A stretch of DNA of 64,000 nt, from the NCBI GenBank assembly GCA_964486045.1, contig CAZALK010000004.1, positions 160,001-224,000 of the forward strand, given 5' to 3'. Position 1 is the stretch's first letter; every line of letters begins with the position of its first letter. Below the pieces are notes generated by a model. The model was not told the origin of the DNA. It did no database searches and worked only from the letters and a program-made list of their open reading frames with translations. This document shows, piece after piece, positions 10,195 through 20,958 of this stretch. The stretch comes from an uncultured archaeon (GTDB lineage: Archaea > Asgardarchaeota > Lokiarchaeia > Sigyniarchaeales > SOKP01). The position numbers and the translations under genes were made by a program.

Positions 10195-11160
10195 TTGACA
10201 ATAACAATCAAAATTTTTAACGGGGATGATTTTGAATTTGAAGAGTTGTTACAAATAACATATGAAATATGAAAGCAGGTATTGTTAGACAAAGGAATCA
10301 CATTTGAAGATTTAGGCACAGTTTTTAAAGAGAACTCTTTAAATGGCTCAATTAATTATGTTATAGCTTATGAAGATGAAACAATTGTTGGATGGCTTTT
10401 ACTCTATCCAACATATCATGAAACTCTTGAGATAAATTTTGGTCAGGCTCTAGGTGGTAATCCATTAGTTGCTTCAACTTACAATTGGACTGAGATTTCA
10501 TCAAATCTTCTTGCTACAACAAAAATTTTAGCAAAAAAACAAGGATATAGGAGTATTGAGATAACTCTTCCCTTAAATGGGGCAGGAGAAATTGCATCTT
10601 TCCCAAATCCAGTTACTTTATTCCGAACCCTAGGTTTTACCACTAAATTAAAATATGTTGAAATGGTGTATGATATCAATTCGAGAGAAATTCCTGAACT
10701 TATTATACCCAAGGAAATATCTATGAAATTATTGAATCACGTAGAAGAAATTGCTATATATCTGTGCTATATTGCTTCATTTGAATCGGGAGATGCTAAA
10801 TTCTTCTCTTATCAAACTAATAATGAGAGATTAGAATACTTTCAAACACTTTACGAACCAGGTATATTAAATAAAGAAGCTTCTATTGCTTTAATGAAGG
10901 ATAATATGTTAATTGGGTTTTCATATGTTTTAGAATTTGAAGATAACAGTAGACATATTAGTTGTATGTGTATCCATCCTGATTTTCAGAATACAGGATT
11001 AGGAAAACTCTTATTATTCAAGATTATCAATGTAGCCTCTAAGCAAGGAGCAAAATATATCACATTAGGAACTGAAACGGAAATGCGAGCATTTCATCTC
11101 TATAGAAATAATGGTTTTACTGTATCTGAAGGTTCTATGATTCTTCGCTGGGAATTATAA
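10195..11160 (+). CDS. Tandem GNAT acetyltransferase, apparently interrupted by an in-frame TGA at 10270-10272
   Basis: C-terminal HPDFQNTGLG and AFHLYRNNGF GNAT motifs; frame continues upstream of 10282 through one TGA to a TTG at 10195. Confidence 0.7.
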
Positions 11161-11328
11161 AAATTTAAACTCTTTTTCAAATTTACTAGTTTAATTTAAT
11201 TATAAGAGATTGATTTCTAGGACCATAAAAAATAGCTAAAATCCTTAATAATTGAGTTAAGAAGTTTACAATGAATAAATTCAAATGTTAGAGTTAATTT
11301 TTTAAATAAAATCATTGGATATATTGAA

Positions 11329-12045
11329 ATGAATGTAGAAAAAATCTGGAAACAGGAAGAATGGGTTGTTCATGCACGGAATATTATTGAAAACTTGGAT
11401 AAGTTTCCACTTGACTCAAGACTAATCCTAATTTTAAGACATTCTCACAGAAATGATCCAAAACCCTTAGAAAATGTTAATAAGTTAAGATTAACACCTA
11501 AAGGTCATGCTATAGCAAAGAGATTTGGTGAAAACTTACCTGAAAACAGACCTATAAGACTTTTTCATAGTATAATTTGGCGATGTGAGGAAACAGCAGA
11601 AAATATCCACGCTGGTTTTCAAAATATTGGGGGGAGCAGCGAAATAAAAGGTGTGCTTGGGCCACTCTTTGATATTGGACTGCAAGAAAAGACTTTGACG
11701 GAGAAATTCAAAAATGATCATTTTCGTAAAGTTTTGTTTCGTTGGTCTGCGGGATTTTATTCTGAAAAAGATTGGACTCCATTTACGATATATTGCCAAC
11801 AAGCAGCCCAACTCATTTGGAATCAAGAAAAAAGCGCCCCCAATAACGGAATAGATATTTATGTGACACATGACTGGCATGTAATGTCTTTTCGATTTGG
11901 TTGGTTTGGCCTTCCCCCAGACGAAAATTGGGTTAAATATCTTGGGGGATTTGCATTTACATTTGAAAACGATCATATTCTATTGTATGATCATCAGGGT
12001 TTATCGTCTTTAGAATTTCCTCACTGGTGGAAACCTAAAAATTAA
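11329..12045 (+). CDS. Histidine phosphatase family protein
   Basis: LRHS, LTPKG, HSxxxRCxETA, VTHD. Confidence 0.85.
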   Translation: MNVEKIWKQEEWVVHARNIIENLDKFPLDSRLILILRHSHRNDPKPLENVNKLRLTPKGHAIAKRFGENLPENRPIRLFHSIIWRCEETAENIHAGFQNIGGSSEIKGVLGPLFDIGLQEKTLTEKFKNDHFRKVLFRWSAGFYSEKDWTPFTIYCQQAAQLIWNQEKSAPNNGIDIYVTHDWHVMSFRFGWFGLPPDENWVKYLGGFAFTFENDHILLYDHQGLSSLEFPHWWKPKN

Positions 12046-12064
12046 ATGTATACCAAGTGAACTA

Positions 12065-12793
12065 ATGCAAAATAATGTTGAAGTAGAAGAAGTTTGGAGC
12101 AAGGGAGTTTGGACAGAACAAGCTCGAAATCTTATCAAAAACCTTAAAGATTCTTCCTTTAATTCAAAAACTATTCTTATAATTAGACATTCACAAAGAT
12201 ATGAACCAAAACTCACAGATGAAAATCAGTATATGGAGCTTACACCACAAGGAAAAAAAATTGCTAGACTGTTTGGTACGAAATTACCTAAAAAAAGGAC
12301 AATTCGAATTTTTCATAGTCCTGTAAATCGATGTAAAGAAACCGCTGAAATAATCCGCACAGGATATAGTGAAATTGGGGGAGAAGCTATTTTTAAAGGA
12401 GAATGTAAGGCAGTATGGGGGATTGGTATAAAAAAACAATTTTTTATGTCCGAATTACAAAAATATCAATATAGAACAGTTTTTTTTAAATGGGCATCAG
12501 GTTTTTACACCACAGAGGAGTTTCCTTCTCTAATTCGATATTGTCAGAGAGGTGCAGATGTCATTTTGAATCAACTCAAATTAGCTCCTAAAAATGGAAT
12601 AGATATATATATTTCTCATGACTGGCACACAACTGCTTTTCGTTTTGGTTGGTTCGGACTACCGCCACATGATAAGTGGGTAGATTATCTCGGAGGATTT
12701 GCATTTACATTTGAGAATAACCAAATTACTTTATCTGATTATGGTGAAGTAAAGTCAATAAAAGCCCCGTATTGGTGGAAAAAGAATAAATAA
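12065..12793 (+). CDS. Histidine phosphatase family protein (tandem paralog)
   Basis: IRHS, LTPQG, HSPVNRCKETA, ISHD. Confidence 0.85.
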   Translation: MQNNVEVEEVWSKGVWTEQARNLIKNLKDSSFNSKTILIIRHSQRYEPKLTDENQYMELTPQGKKIARLFGTKLPKKRTIRIFHSPVNRCKETAEIIRTGYSEIGGEAIFKGECKAVWGIGIKKQFFMSELQKYQYRTVFFKWASGFYTTEEFPSLIRYCQRGADVILNQLKLAPKNGIDIYISHDWHTTAFRFGWFGLPPHDKWVDYLGGFAFTFENNQITLSDYGEVKSIKAPYWWKKNK

Positions 12794-12831
12794 GAAAAAA
12801 AAAAAAATTAAAATAATCTTGTTAACTATCT

Positions 12832-13716
12832 TTAGCTGTTTACCTTGTTAATATTGGTAACAAGTGCTTCTAGAATTTGAGGTGCAACTTCTGGAGGGAA
12901 ACTATGTCCCATACCATCTAAAATAAGTAGTTTTGCTCCTTGTATTGCCTCGGCAGTGTCGATTCCTCCCTCAAAAGGAATGAGAGGATCTTCTCTTCCA
13001 TGCACTACCAGAGTGGGGACGGTTATTGACGCAAGGTTAGGCTTTCGATTTCCATTAGCAGAAATCGCTGCTGCTTGACGCATAATACCTACTGGATAAA
13101 AACAGCGATCATATGCTTTAGTCCTCAATATACGTGCTTGTTCTTCATTATATGGGAATGTTCCATATGTAAGGTGACCACGTTTAACTCCTTCTTCAAT
13201 ATTCGCCTTACGTTCCATCGGAAGAGGTGCAAATAACTCCTGCATTAATTCTTGGGTTGGTTGCCTTAAATCAGGGTTCCCAGTGGTGCTCATTATTGAA
13301 GTTAGACTTAACACTCTAGATTGATGTCTATATGCTATGACCTGTGCTATCATCCCTCCCATAGAAGCCCCACAGATGTGTGCTTTCTCAATATTTAGAT
13401 CATCCAAAACCCCAATTGCATCATCTGCCATATCCTCTAATGTGTAAGGTACTTCAGGTTTCTCCCCACGTGCTACAGCTGCACCTATTTCCAACAAGTT
13501 TGGTAAACCAGCGTCATCAAATTTTGTCGACAATCCAACATCTCGGTTATCGAATCTAATAACAAACAATCCTTGATTTGCTAGACCTTCACACATTTCA
13601 TCCACCCAAGCGATCATTTGACCACCAAGTCCCATAACTAATAATAAGGGTTTTGATGAGGAGTCACCAAACGTATCATATTCAATTTCTATATTATTGA
13701 CCTTTGTTTTTGGCAT
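12832..13716 (-). CDS. Alpha/beta hydrolase, paralog 4
   Basis: FDNRDVGLS, GASMGG, HGREDP, GMGH. Confidence 0.9.
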   Translation of the reverse strand: MPKTKVNNIEIEYDTFGDSSSKPLLLVMGLGGQMIAWVDEMCEGLANQGLFVIRFDNRDVGLSTKFDDAGLPNLLEIGAAVARGEKPEVPYTLEDMADDAIGVLDDLNIEKAHICGASMGGMIAQVIAYRHQSRVLSLTSIMSTTGNPDLRQPTQELMQELFAPLPMERKANIEEGVKRGHLTYGTFPYNEEQARILRTKAYDRCFYPVGIMRQAAAISANGNRKPNLASITVPTLVVHGREDPLIPFEGGIDTAEAIQGAKLLILDGMGHSFPPEVAPQILEALVTNINKVNS

Positions 13717-13894
13717 ATTTCTTACCTTTTTAATTATTTTAAATCAAAGGTATTTTTATTTCAATTAAAATCATACTATTTTAATTTAGCTCAATATTCA
13801 ACTTATAGTCTTTAACCACAATAATTTTATAAAGTATTAGTCATATTACAATAAATCAATATCTCTATTCATAAAAATAACTGTAATCTTTAAG

Positions 13895-14830
13895 ATGTCA
13901 AACCTTAAAGCTAGAAACCGGTATAGAAATTTAGTAATACTATTTACTCTCTATTGTGTATTTTGGATTATTTTAGTAGTAATTTTGCGTGATGTGTTAA
14001 AACCTCAAACTCGGTTTGCTTTGACGCGCTTTCTTCCATTGAATGATGCACTAATAGAACTAGCTATTATTTTTAGCGTAATCTTGCCAATATCAAGCGT
14101 CATCGGTGTAATTATTGGAGGATATTTAATTACTCCTGCAGTTTTGTCTTTCCATAAGAAGATTTATGGTTCGAAAATGTACTATGGAATTCAGTATGAA
14201 AAACCTTCTATGGATGTAAGGCTATTTTCTCGATCTTTTTTCCCAGTTTTGATGGCGATTAATTTATCATCACTTTTTTTAACTCCTACTGTTATTCAGT
14301 TTATTATTGATACAGATCTGTTCGCAGAAATTGATGGAGTTTCGAAGGCGCCTGTACTAACGCGATTTTTAGCAGAAGCAATTTTATTGATGATAACTTA
14401 CGGTGTATCTACTATGTTATTCTCATCTGTTTGGTTTTTAAAAGATTCAGGAATAATATATTCAAATAAGGAGAGATTAGAGAATTCTAATGAATCCTTT
14501 ACCCTAAAATCTATTGGAGATTGGCTACAAACAATGTTTCGAGGTTACGCGGGGATTGGGTCCATCATTACCTACATAATAATCATATATGATTTTCTTA
14601 CGAATTTTATAAATCACTTAGGTTTTCCAGGAAATATTCTTAATATTCCTGGGATAATTTTGTGGATAGGATTACCATTTTATTTAGCAATTTCTCTAAT
14701 ACCAGCTTTAATTTTTAATGATTTAATCAAAAAAAGCAGAACATCATATGTAAGAAAATTTGGGAACAAAATTGGGATTAAAGACTCAGTAGTGATTTCA
14801 TTTGAACTCAAGAAAAGAGAGCGAGTGTAA
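13895..14830 (+). CDS. Uncharacterised multi-pass membrane protein
   Basis: About 6 TM segments; DSGIIY.NK and GYAGI motifs shared with 17913..18773. Confidence 0.75.
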   Translation: MSNLKARNRYRNLVILFTLYCVFWIILVVILRDVLKPQTRFALTRFLPLNDALIELAIIFSVILPISSVIGVIIGGYLITPAVLSFHKKIYGSKMYYGIQYEKPSMDVRLFSRSFFPVLMAINLSSLFLTPTVIQFIIDTDLFAEIDGVSKAPVLTRFLAEAILLMITYGVSTMLFSSVWFLKDSGIIYSNKERLENSNESFTLKSIGDWLQTMFRGYAGIGSIITYIIIIYDFLTNFINHLGFPGNILNIPGIILWIGLPFYLAISLIPALIFNDLIKKSRTSYVRKFGNKIGIKDSVVISFELKKRERV

Positions 14831-14982
14831 TTAGCAAATTTTTTTTGTACTTTTATTTTTTAATCATTACATAGACAAACTTACCTACAAAGGATTTCAA
14901 AATTTGTATCTTAAGAAATTATCTATTTATAAAATAGTGAATTTAAATACTAAATAATTAAAAGTATAATCAAAATTTTGAA

Positions 14983-16659
14983 GTGAAGTTCATGAAAATT
15001 GTGGAAGGTTTCTTTACTGATACAAAAGAGAATTATCAATTAAATATGATAAATGTTATGAAACATGCTATTAGAAATTTCTCTCGACAGGAAATTGTTA
15101 GCAGGAAAATGGACGGAACTCTATTTCGATACACATATCTTGATTCTTATAAAAGGATGCAACAATTAGCTAATGCTTTAATTTCTATCGGGGTTAAAGT
15201 TGGTGATAGAGTAGGAGTGTTAGCTTGGAATCATTATCAACATTTCGAAATATACTATGGGTTACCTGGTACTGGAGCGGTAATGGTTTCTTTTAATCTC
15301 CGTCTTTCTATACAAGATTTATCATATGTAGTGAATCATTCCGGCGCTTCATTTATTATTGTCGATGAGGATTTAATTCCAATCGCAGAATCAATAATGG
15401 ATTCTTGTAAGAATGTGAAAGGATATATAATAATAACTGAAAAAGAGCTTAATGAGATAGAAACCAAACTAAAACCATGTTACAGTTATGAACAGCTCTT
15501 GAGTAACGCCTCTCCTTACTATAAATGGCCATATTTGGATGAAAATTCTGCTTATGCAGCATGCTATACAACAGGGACTACAGGAAAACCCAAAGGGGTC
15601 TATTATTCCCACCGTAATGCCTATATTCAGACAATTGTGTTCGCTGCACAATTTTCAATGACTGTGGATGATGTAGTTTTTCAACTAGTTCCAATGTTTC
15701 ATGTTCTTGGTTGGTCTAAACCACTCGCAGGAGCTTATGCAGGTTCTAAAATTATTTTTGCCGGGAAATGGAGTTTGGATGATCTTGAAGAGTTAACTAA
15801 TATAATGGTTCTGGAAGGAGTCACAGTTTCTGGAGCAGTACCCGCTGTTTTCATGGCTATGCTTGAATTTATAAGGAAAATGGACCAAAAACCAGATCTT
15901 TCTAAAGCCCGTTTGATTTGTGGGGGTTCAGAGCCCCCAATAGCCTTAATGCGTGGTTTTTGGGATGAAACTGGAGGTGAAATAATTCATTCATATGGTT
16001 CGACAGAAGCAATGGCTATTACTACTTTGAATTTTTTTAAACCTTGGTTGAGAAAAGAATTGTCAGAGCAAGAGTTATGGAATCTAAAGAAAAAACAGGG
16101 AACAATCGCTCCTGGACTGGACGTTAAAATAATTGATGAAGCGGGTATAGAACTCCCTTTTGATGGAAAATCTTCCGGCGAAATACTTCTTCGTGGGCCT
16201 TGGATCTCTAAAAGTTATTACAATGCCCCAACTGCTAAGGATAGTTTTACCGAGGACGGATATTACCGTAGTGGTGATGCGGGGTACCTTGACTCTGAAG
16301 GGTATCTGAAAATTACAGACAGAATAAAGGATGTTATTAAAAGCGGTGGGGAGTGGATTAGTTCCATAGATATGGAAAATACTCTAGTATCGCATTCCGC
16401 TGTTCTTGAAGCTGCGGTGATAGGAATACCTCATCAAAAATGGGTCGAAAGACCTTTAGCTCTAATAGTTTTACGCAACGAGTTTAAATCCGTGACTAAA
16501 GATGAAATTAAAAATCACCTTATCAAAACCTTTGCAAAGTGGCAGATTCCTGACGAGATTTTATTTGTCGATTCGATTCCTAGAACTAGTGTTGGGAAAC
16601 TTGATAAAAAAGTAATGCGGAACGAATATAAAGATCTTTATGTTGAAAATGAAAGTTAA
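14983..16659 (+). CDS. Medium/long-chain fatty-acid--CoA ligase (AMP-forming)
   Basis: YTTGTTGKPKG, YGSTE, SGD, DRIKDVIKSGGEWI, GKLDK. Confidence 0.93.
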   Translation: MKFMKIVEGFFTDTKENYQLNMINVMKHAIRNFSRQEIVSRKMDGTLFRYTYLDSYKRMQQLANALISIGVKVGDRVGVLAWNHYQHFEIYYGLPGTGAVMVSFNLRLSIQDLSYVVNHSGASFIIVDEDLIPIAESIMDSCKNVKGYIIITEKELNEIETKLKPCYSYEQLLSNASPYYKWPYLDENSAYAACYTTGTTGKPKGVYYSHRNAYIQTIVFAAQFSMTVDDVVFQLVPMFHVLGWSKPLAGAYAGSKIIFAGKWSLDDLEELTNIMVLEGVTVSGAVPAVFMAMLEFIRKMDQKPDLSKARLICGGSEPPIALMRGFWDETGGEIIHSYGSTEAMAITTLNFFKPWLRKELSEQELWNLKKKQGTIAPGLDVKIIDEAGIELPFDGKSSGEILLRGPWISKSYYNAPTAKDSFTEDGYYRSGDAGYLDSEGYLKITDRIKDVIKSGGEWISSIDMENTLVSHSAVLEAAVIGIPHQKWVERPLALIVLRNEFKSVTKDEIKNHLIKTFAKWQIPDEILFVDSIPRTSVGKLDKKVMRNEYKDLYVENES

Positions 16660-16676
16660 AAAGGAAATGAGATTGT

Positions 16677-17729
16677 ATGACGATTTTAGATAGAGCAAAA
16701 ATAACAAGACCAGAGATAATTAAAATCCTTGAAATACAAGATAAGCAACTTGCTCAGGCAGCATCTATATTTTTTAACATAGAAGAAAATAAAAAAATAG
16801 ATTTTGATTCTCTGTGGGCTAAGGTAATGGACGGCAATACTCGTTGGTTCAGTGGTGAAGAGGTACGAAACTTATTAACTATGAAAGAAATGCGTTTTCT
16901 TGCAAAAATGCATAGGAATGCTGTAGAAATTCGATCAAATCTTATGCAAAAGCAAGCATCCTTTATGGCTGATGTAGAAATAAACTCTGTAGATTTAGAT
17001 GGGGTTCCCGCTGAATGGCAAATTGCAGCTGGGGCAATGAAAGATAAGGTAATTTTATATTTTCATGGTGGGGGATATATTATGGGCTCACCAAATTCTA
17101 CTAGAATGATTTCGATAAAGCTTGGAATTGCCACAAAAGCGCGAATTTTAAGCATTGATTATCGGCTTGCTCCTGAAAATCCATATCCTCAAGGTATAGA
17201 AGATTGCATTTCTTCATATAAATGGCTTTTGTCAAGAGGATTCGACCCTAAAAATATAATAATCTCAGGTGATTCTGCAGGGGGATATTTTACATTAATA
17301 ACACTAATAAAACTGCGAGATGAAGGCATTCCTTTACCAGCTGGTGCTATTCTCTTCTCACCTGCTACTGATTTGGCCTTAACTGGAGAGTCTGTTATTA
17401 CAAATGGACCAACTGATCCGATTCTCGCTGACCTAGGAGTATTTTGGTGGAATGAGTGTTATCTAGCGGGGGCGGATCCTCTTAGTCCTGAAGTCTCACC
17501 TTTTTATGCTAATCCTATAAACTTACCACCTATATTAACTCAAGTGAGTACGAGTGAAATGTTATACGATGACGCCAGATTATTTGTTGAAAAAGCAAAA
17601 ATCGCAGGCGTAGATGCGATATTGCAAACCTGGGATGATACACTGCATGAATTTCAGATATATGACTTACCAGAATCTACAGAAGCATTTGAAAAAGTAA
17701 GAAAATTTGCTTATTCAATATTTAAGTAA
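16677..17729 (+). CDS. HSL-family esterase/lipase
   Basis: HGGGY, DYRLAPE, GDSAGG. Confidence 0.9.
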   Translation: MTILDRAKITRPEIIKILEIQDKQLAQAASIFFNIEENKKIDFDSLWAKVMDGNTRWFSGEEVRNLLTMKEMRFLAKMHRNAVEIRSNLMQKQASFMADVEINSVDLDGVPAEWQIAAGAMKDKVILYFHGGGYIMGSPNSTRMISIKLGIATKARILSIDYRLAPENPYPQGIEDCISSYKWLLSRGFDPKNIIISGDSAGGYFTLITLIKLRDEGIPLPAGAILFSPATDLALTGESVITNGPTDPILADLGVFWWNECYLAGADPLSPEVSPFYANPINLPPILTQVSTSEMLYDDARLFVEKAKIAGVDAILQTWDDTLHEFQIYDLPESTEAFEKVRKFAYSIFK

Positions 17730-17912
17730 GACATTTATTACAAAAAGAATAATTAGAATAATTAGACTAAAGTACAAGTTGTAACCGAATACCTTAGCTC
17801 TTCAATTATTTTATTCTTAGTCTTTTACGGATAATTAGTAGTATGCCAAATGATTGAGTTTTTTTTAAGGACCTTATCTTCAAGAACAAAAAAAGTAAAT
17901 TGAGAGAATGAA

Positions 17913-18773
17913 TTATTTGATCTCGATTTCCATTGGTTGCTCAATTTGAAACTTCTTTACTTTTTTTAATAAGTAAGTTCTTCTTTTTTCACGAGTCTTA
18001 TCTAAAACAATTATAGTAGGAATTATCAATGTAGTGATTAAAATTGGATATGTTGCTAAAGTAAAAATTGAAGCTATCCCACTAGTAAGATCTGGACTAC
18101 TAGCCATTAGTTCGATCATATTATAAAAGAAACTAAAATAATTATAAAAAACAGCGATTCCAGCATATCCCTTTAGAAGCGTGTTATACCAACTTCCAAT
18201 ATTTCTAACTTCAGTTGAATCATACATATCTCGTGTTTTATCTTTATTATGATAGATTATCCCTGAATCTATTAAATGCAAAACTGGAGAAAACACAATC
18301 AATGAAGCAGCTGTCGTGATTGGAAGTATTGCGATAAATGTCGCCCATGGTGCCAGAGGGGATTCAAGATCAGGAGTAGGAACTGAAGTTATTAAGTCAG
18401 TTACTTTTGGATAACTAGCAAGAATTAAAGCAATATTTATTGAAAATAAAGCTGGCCAAAGAGCTTTGATGAAATAACCTTTAAATTTCTTGGTTAAAGG
18501 CTTTTCTTCTATTCCATATACCATATTCCTCCCTACAGTTTTTTTATGGATAAAAATAAAAAGAGGTCCTAAAATATATCCAAAAAAATATCCAAAAATA
18601 ATAGCACTAAATACAGTTAATAGATTTATTATCAGTGAATCCACCGACATACTAGTGGAAAGTAGTATTATGAACCCTGGTGCGGTCCCTAAAAGTAGAA
18701 AATTAATGATAAAAACAATAACTATAGAAAAAATAAATATAATCAGCGATTTTAAATATTTCGAGAAAGTCAT
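17913..18773 (-). CDS. Uncharacterised multi-pass membrane protein (paralog of 13895..14830)
   Basis: TM segments; DSGIIYHNK and KGYAGI motifs. Confidence 0.75.
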   Translation of the reverse strand: MTFSKYLKSLIIFIFSIVIVFIINFLLLGTAPGFIILLSTSMSVDSLIINLLTVFSAIIFGYFFGYILGPLFIFIHKKTVGRNMVYGIEEKPLTKKFKGYFIKALWPALFSINIALILASYPKVTDLITSVPTPDLESPLAPWATFIAILPITTAASLIVFSPVLHLIDSGIIYHNKDKTRDMYDSTEVRNIGSWYNTLLKGYAGIAVFYNYFSFFYNMIELMASSPDLTSGIASIFTLATYPILITTLIIPTIIVLDKTREKRRTYLLKKVKKFQIEQPMEIEIK

Positions 18774-19008
18774 AAATCTAACCTTGCCTTATCTTAATTA
18801 GTGGATTAATACATTATAATTAGTTCGGTAAATATAAACATTTTATGAATCAAATTCTATTTAAATATATGTGAAAGGCAAAACTTACGCTTTTCCTCTT
18901 TATAGAAAGAATTAAAATAGTATCAATTACCTTTTTTAAATATTTTTAATATCTCTACTAAAATTTTTAACTGAATATTTTTTTGTCTAAAAATAATTTA
19001 AAGCGTGC

Positions 19009-19425
19009 TTAAGAATTAGCAAAACGACCATTTACTTGCTTAATGGGAAAAATTGAAAAAGTTCCAAATGCCTTAGCAACAAGATTTTCATTGTTCATTA
19101 TTTCAGATTCTAACACACTAATACTCCGTCCTTTATGAATAACCTTAGTGTTGCAAATAAGTTCTCCCTTCAATACCGGTTTTAAATAGTTTATTTTCAC
19201 TTCTATTGTAGCACAACTTTCATTTTCTTCTAATAGAGAATATAGTGCAGCTCCCATACCCGTATCTGCCATTGAATACATAACACCCCCATGCATAACA
19301 CCGTGGGGATTCATCAATTTTTTTTCCACCTTTAAAGTGCATTGAGAATATCCTTTTTCACGTTCAACGAATGTTAATCCAATTAGCTCAGCGAAAGGAT
19401 GAAAAACCTCAAATTCTTTCGTCAT
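19009..19425 (-). CDS. PaaI-family (hotdog-fold) thioesterase
   Basis: NPHGVMHGG..SMAD motif; probable start MTKEF at 19425. Confidence 0.9.
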   Translation of the reverse strand: MTKEFEVFHPFAELIGLTFVEREKGYSQCTLKVEKKLMNPHGVMHGGVMYSMADTGMGAALYSLLEENESCATIEVKINYLKPVLKGELICNTKVIHKGRSISVLESEIMNNENLVAKAFGTFSIFPIKQVNGRFANS

Positions 19426-19746
19426 ATGTAAATTCAATAACTCTTTAAATAAAAGACCTTCTAAGTTCACTACCTAATGCACAATTATTATTAAAAGATG
19501 GGTTTGTTTTATCATTCTGCCACCAATGTAACCATAAAAATAATAAATTAGAACACCATAATACTATTCTTCTTCCTTAATAAAACTCATAAAATATGAG
19601 ATTATAAGAAGAATTCTCTCTTTCGAGGAAGATGTAAATTAAACGAATGAGAGATTCCATGAAAAGTTAAATTAAATTACTACTGATTAATATATAAATT
19701 TTAAGAGTGAGAAAAAAAACTCTATCAATCTTCCCAACAATAAAAA

Positions 19747-20592
19747 ATGATTATTTGGATATTGGAAAGTGATTCTGGAATTAAATTGTTATATAAGTCT
19801 TTTTTAAAAACAGATGCTGATGAGGATATAGTTTCTGGGTTTTTAACAGCCTTCAATCATTTTTCTGTAATGGAGTTTAAACAATCAATAGATTCAATAG
19901 AAATGGGTGGCTTACGATGGATATATATATCAGAACCTAAATATAACCTGCTCTTTGTAGCAGCAGGTACTAAAGAAATGAAAACTGAGATCCTTAAGAG
20001 CAGATTAGTGGTGATAAAAAACGCGTTTATAAAGGAATTTGATAAAGTTTGGGAAAAAAAAGGACATAATTGGGATGGAGATCTTAACATCTTTAACCCC
20101 TTTCTTCAATTGATAACGGATTATTATCATCAATGGAAAGAAGTTGAAAATTTAACTCAAACAGCAGATTTCTTCGATATTTTAGGAATATTCCAAAACC
20201 TTTTTATAATGCTGAGAAATATCGTTGAAAATAAAATGTATAAGAAGTCAAAAAATGAAATACTGGATATTATCAATTCTCATTTTACATCTTATATCAC
20301 CCAAAAAGACTTTAAAGCTGAACCAGAGTTGAAGAATATATCCTTTACAAAAGACGAATGGTTTAACATTATCGATATTAATTTAATTAAATGTGATAAA
20401 GAGCTTGTAATTAATAATCTAAAGCATTTACTTACGCATGTAGTAAAAACATTAAAAGAAGTTAAAGGAAATAATTTGTGTCTGAAATATTTTAGAGAAG
20501 AAAAGATATACGGTTATATTATTAATAATATGACTTTATTAAATGATCTAAGTTTAGATATGTATTTATTGGAACTCTTTTTGCAGCTGTAA
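19747..20592 (+). CDS. Longin-like domain protein with helical C-terminal extension
   Basis: N-terminal pattern IWILESDSGIKLLYKSF..DEDIVSGFLTAF..F, beta hairpin, LLFVA then helix, resembling Asgard longin-like domains. Confidence 0.6.
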   Translation: MIIWILESDSGIKLLYKSFLKTDADEDIVSGFLTAFNHFSVMEFKQSIDSIEMGGLRWIYISEPKYNLLFVAAGTKEMKTEILKSRLVVIKNAFIKEFDKVWEKKGHNWDGDLNIFNPFLQLITDYYHQWKEVENLTQTADFFDILGIFQNLFIMLRNIVENKMYKKSKNEILDIINSHFTSYITQKDFKAEPELKNISFTKDEWFNIIDINLIKCDKELVINNLKHLLTHVVKTLKEVKGNNLCLKYFREEKIYGYIINNMTLLNDLSLDMYLLELFLQL

Positions 20593-20700
20593 TATTTGAT
20601 AAATTTAAACTTATTCTGAAGCAATTAAAGTTCAGCCAATATTAGATTGGGATGAAAATTGATGGATAATATATAAAAAGTAATTTATTTTTTTTTAAAC

Positions 20701-20913
20701 GATTTTCCTTTAAAACTACCACTTCAAAACGAAACTCAAGGCAATTTCGATGGATTTTTAACTATTTTTCAACAAGGAAATGAAAAATTCGGTCTGCAAA
20801 CAGTACTATCAATACCTGGATATTCAATTTTAACTTTTTTATTCATATTTGGGATAGTAATTATCATTTCTGTTGCATCTAAATATAATTTGAATGGCAA
20901 AACCAGAATTTGA
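20701..20913 (+). pseudogene. 3' relic of a cell-surface protein with Loki-CTERM-like sorting signal
   Basis: Startless open frame DFPLKLPLQNETQGNFDGFLTIF...SIPGYSILTFLFIFGIVIIISVASK...KTRI*; not in the ORF track. Confidence 0.65.
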
Positions 20914-20958
20914 TGCACTAATTCTATGAAAGATTTTTACTTTTAATTATGAAAAGGT

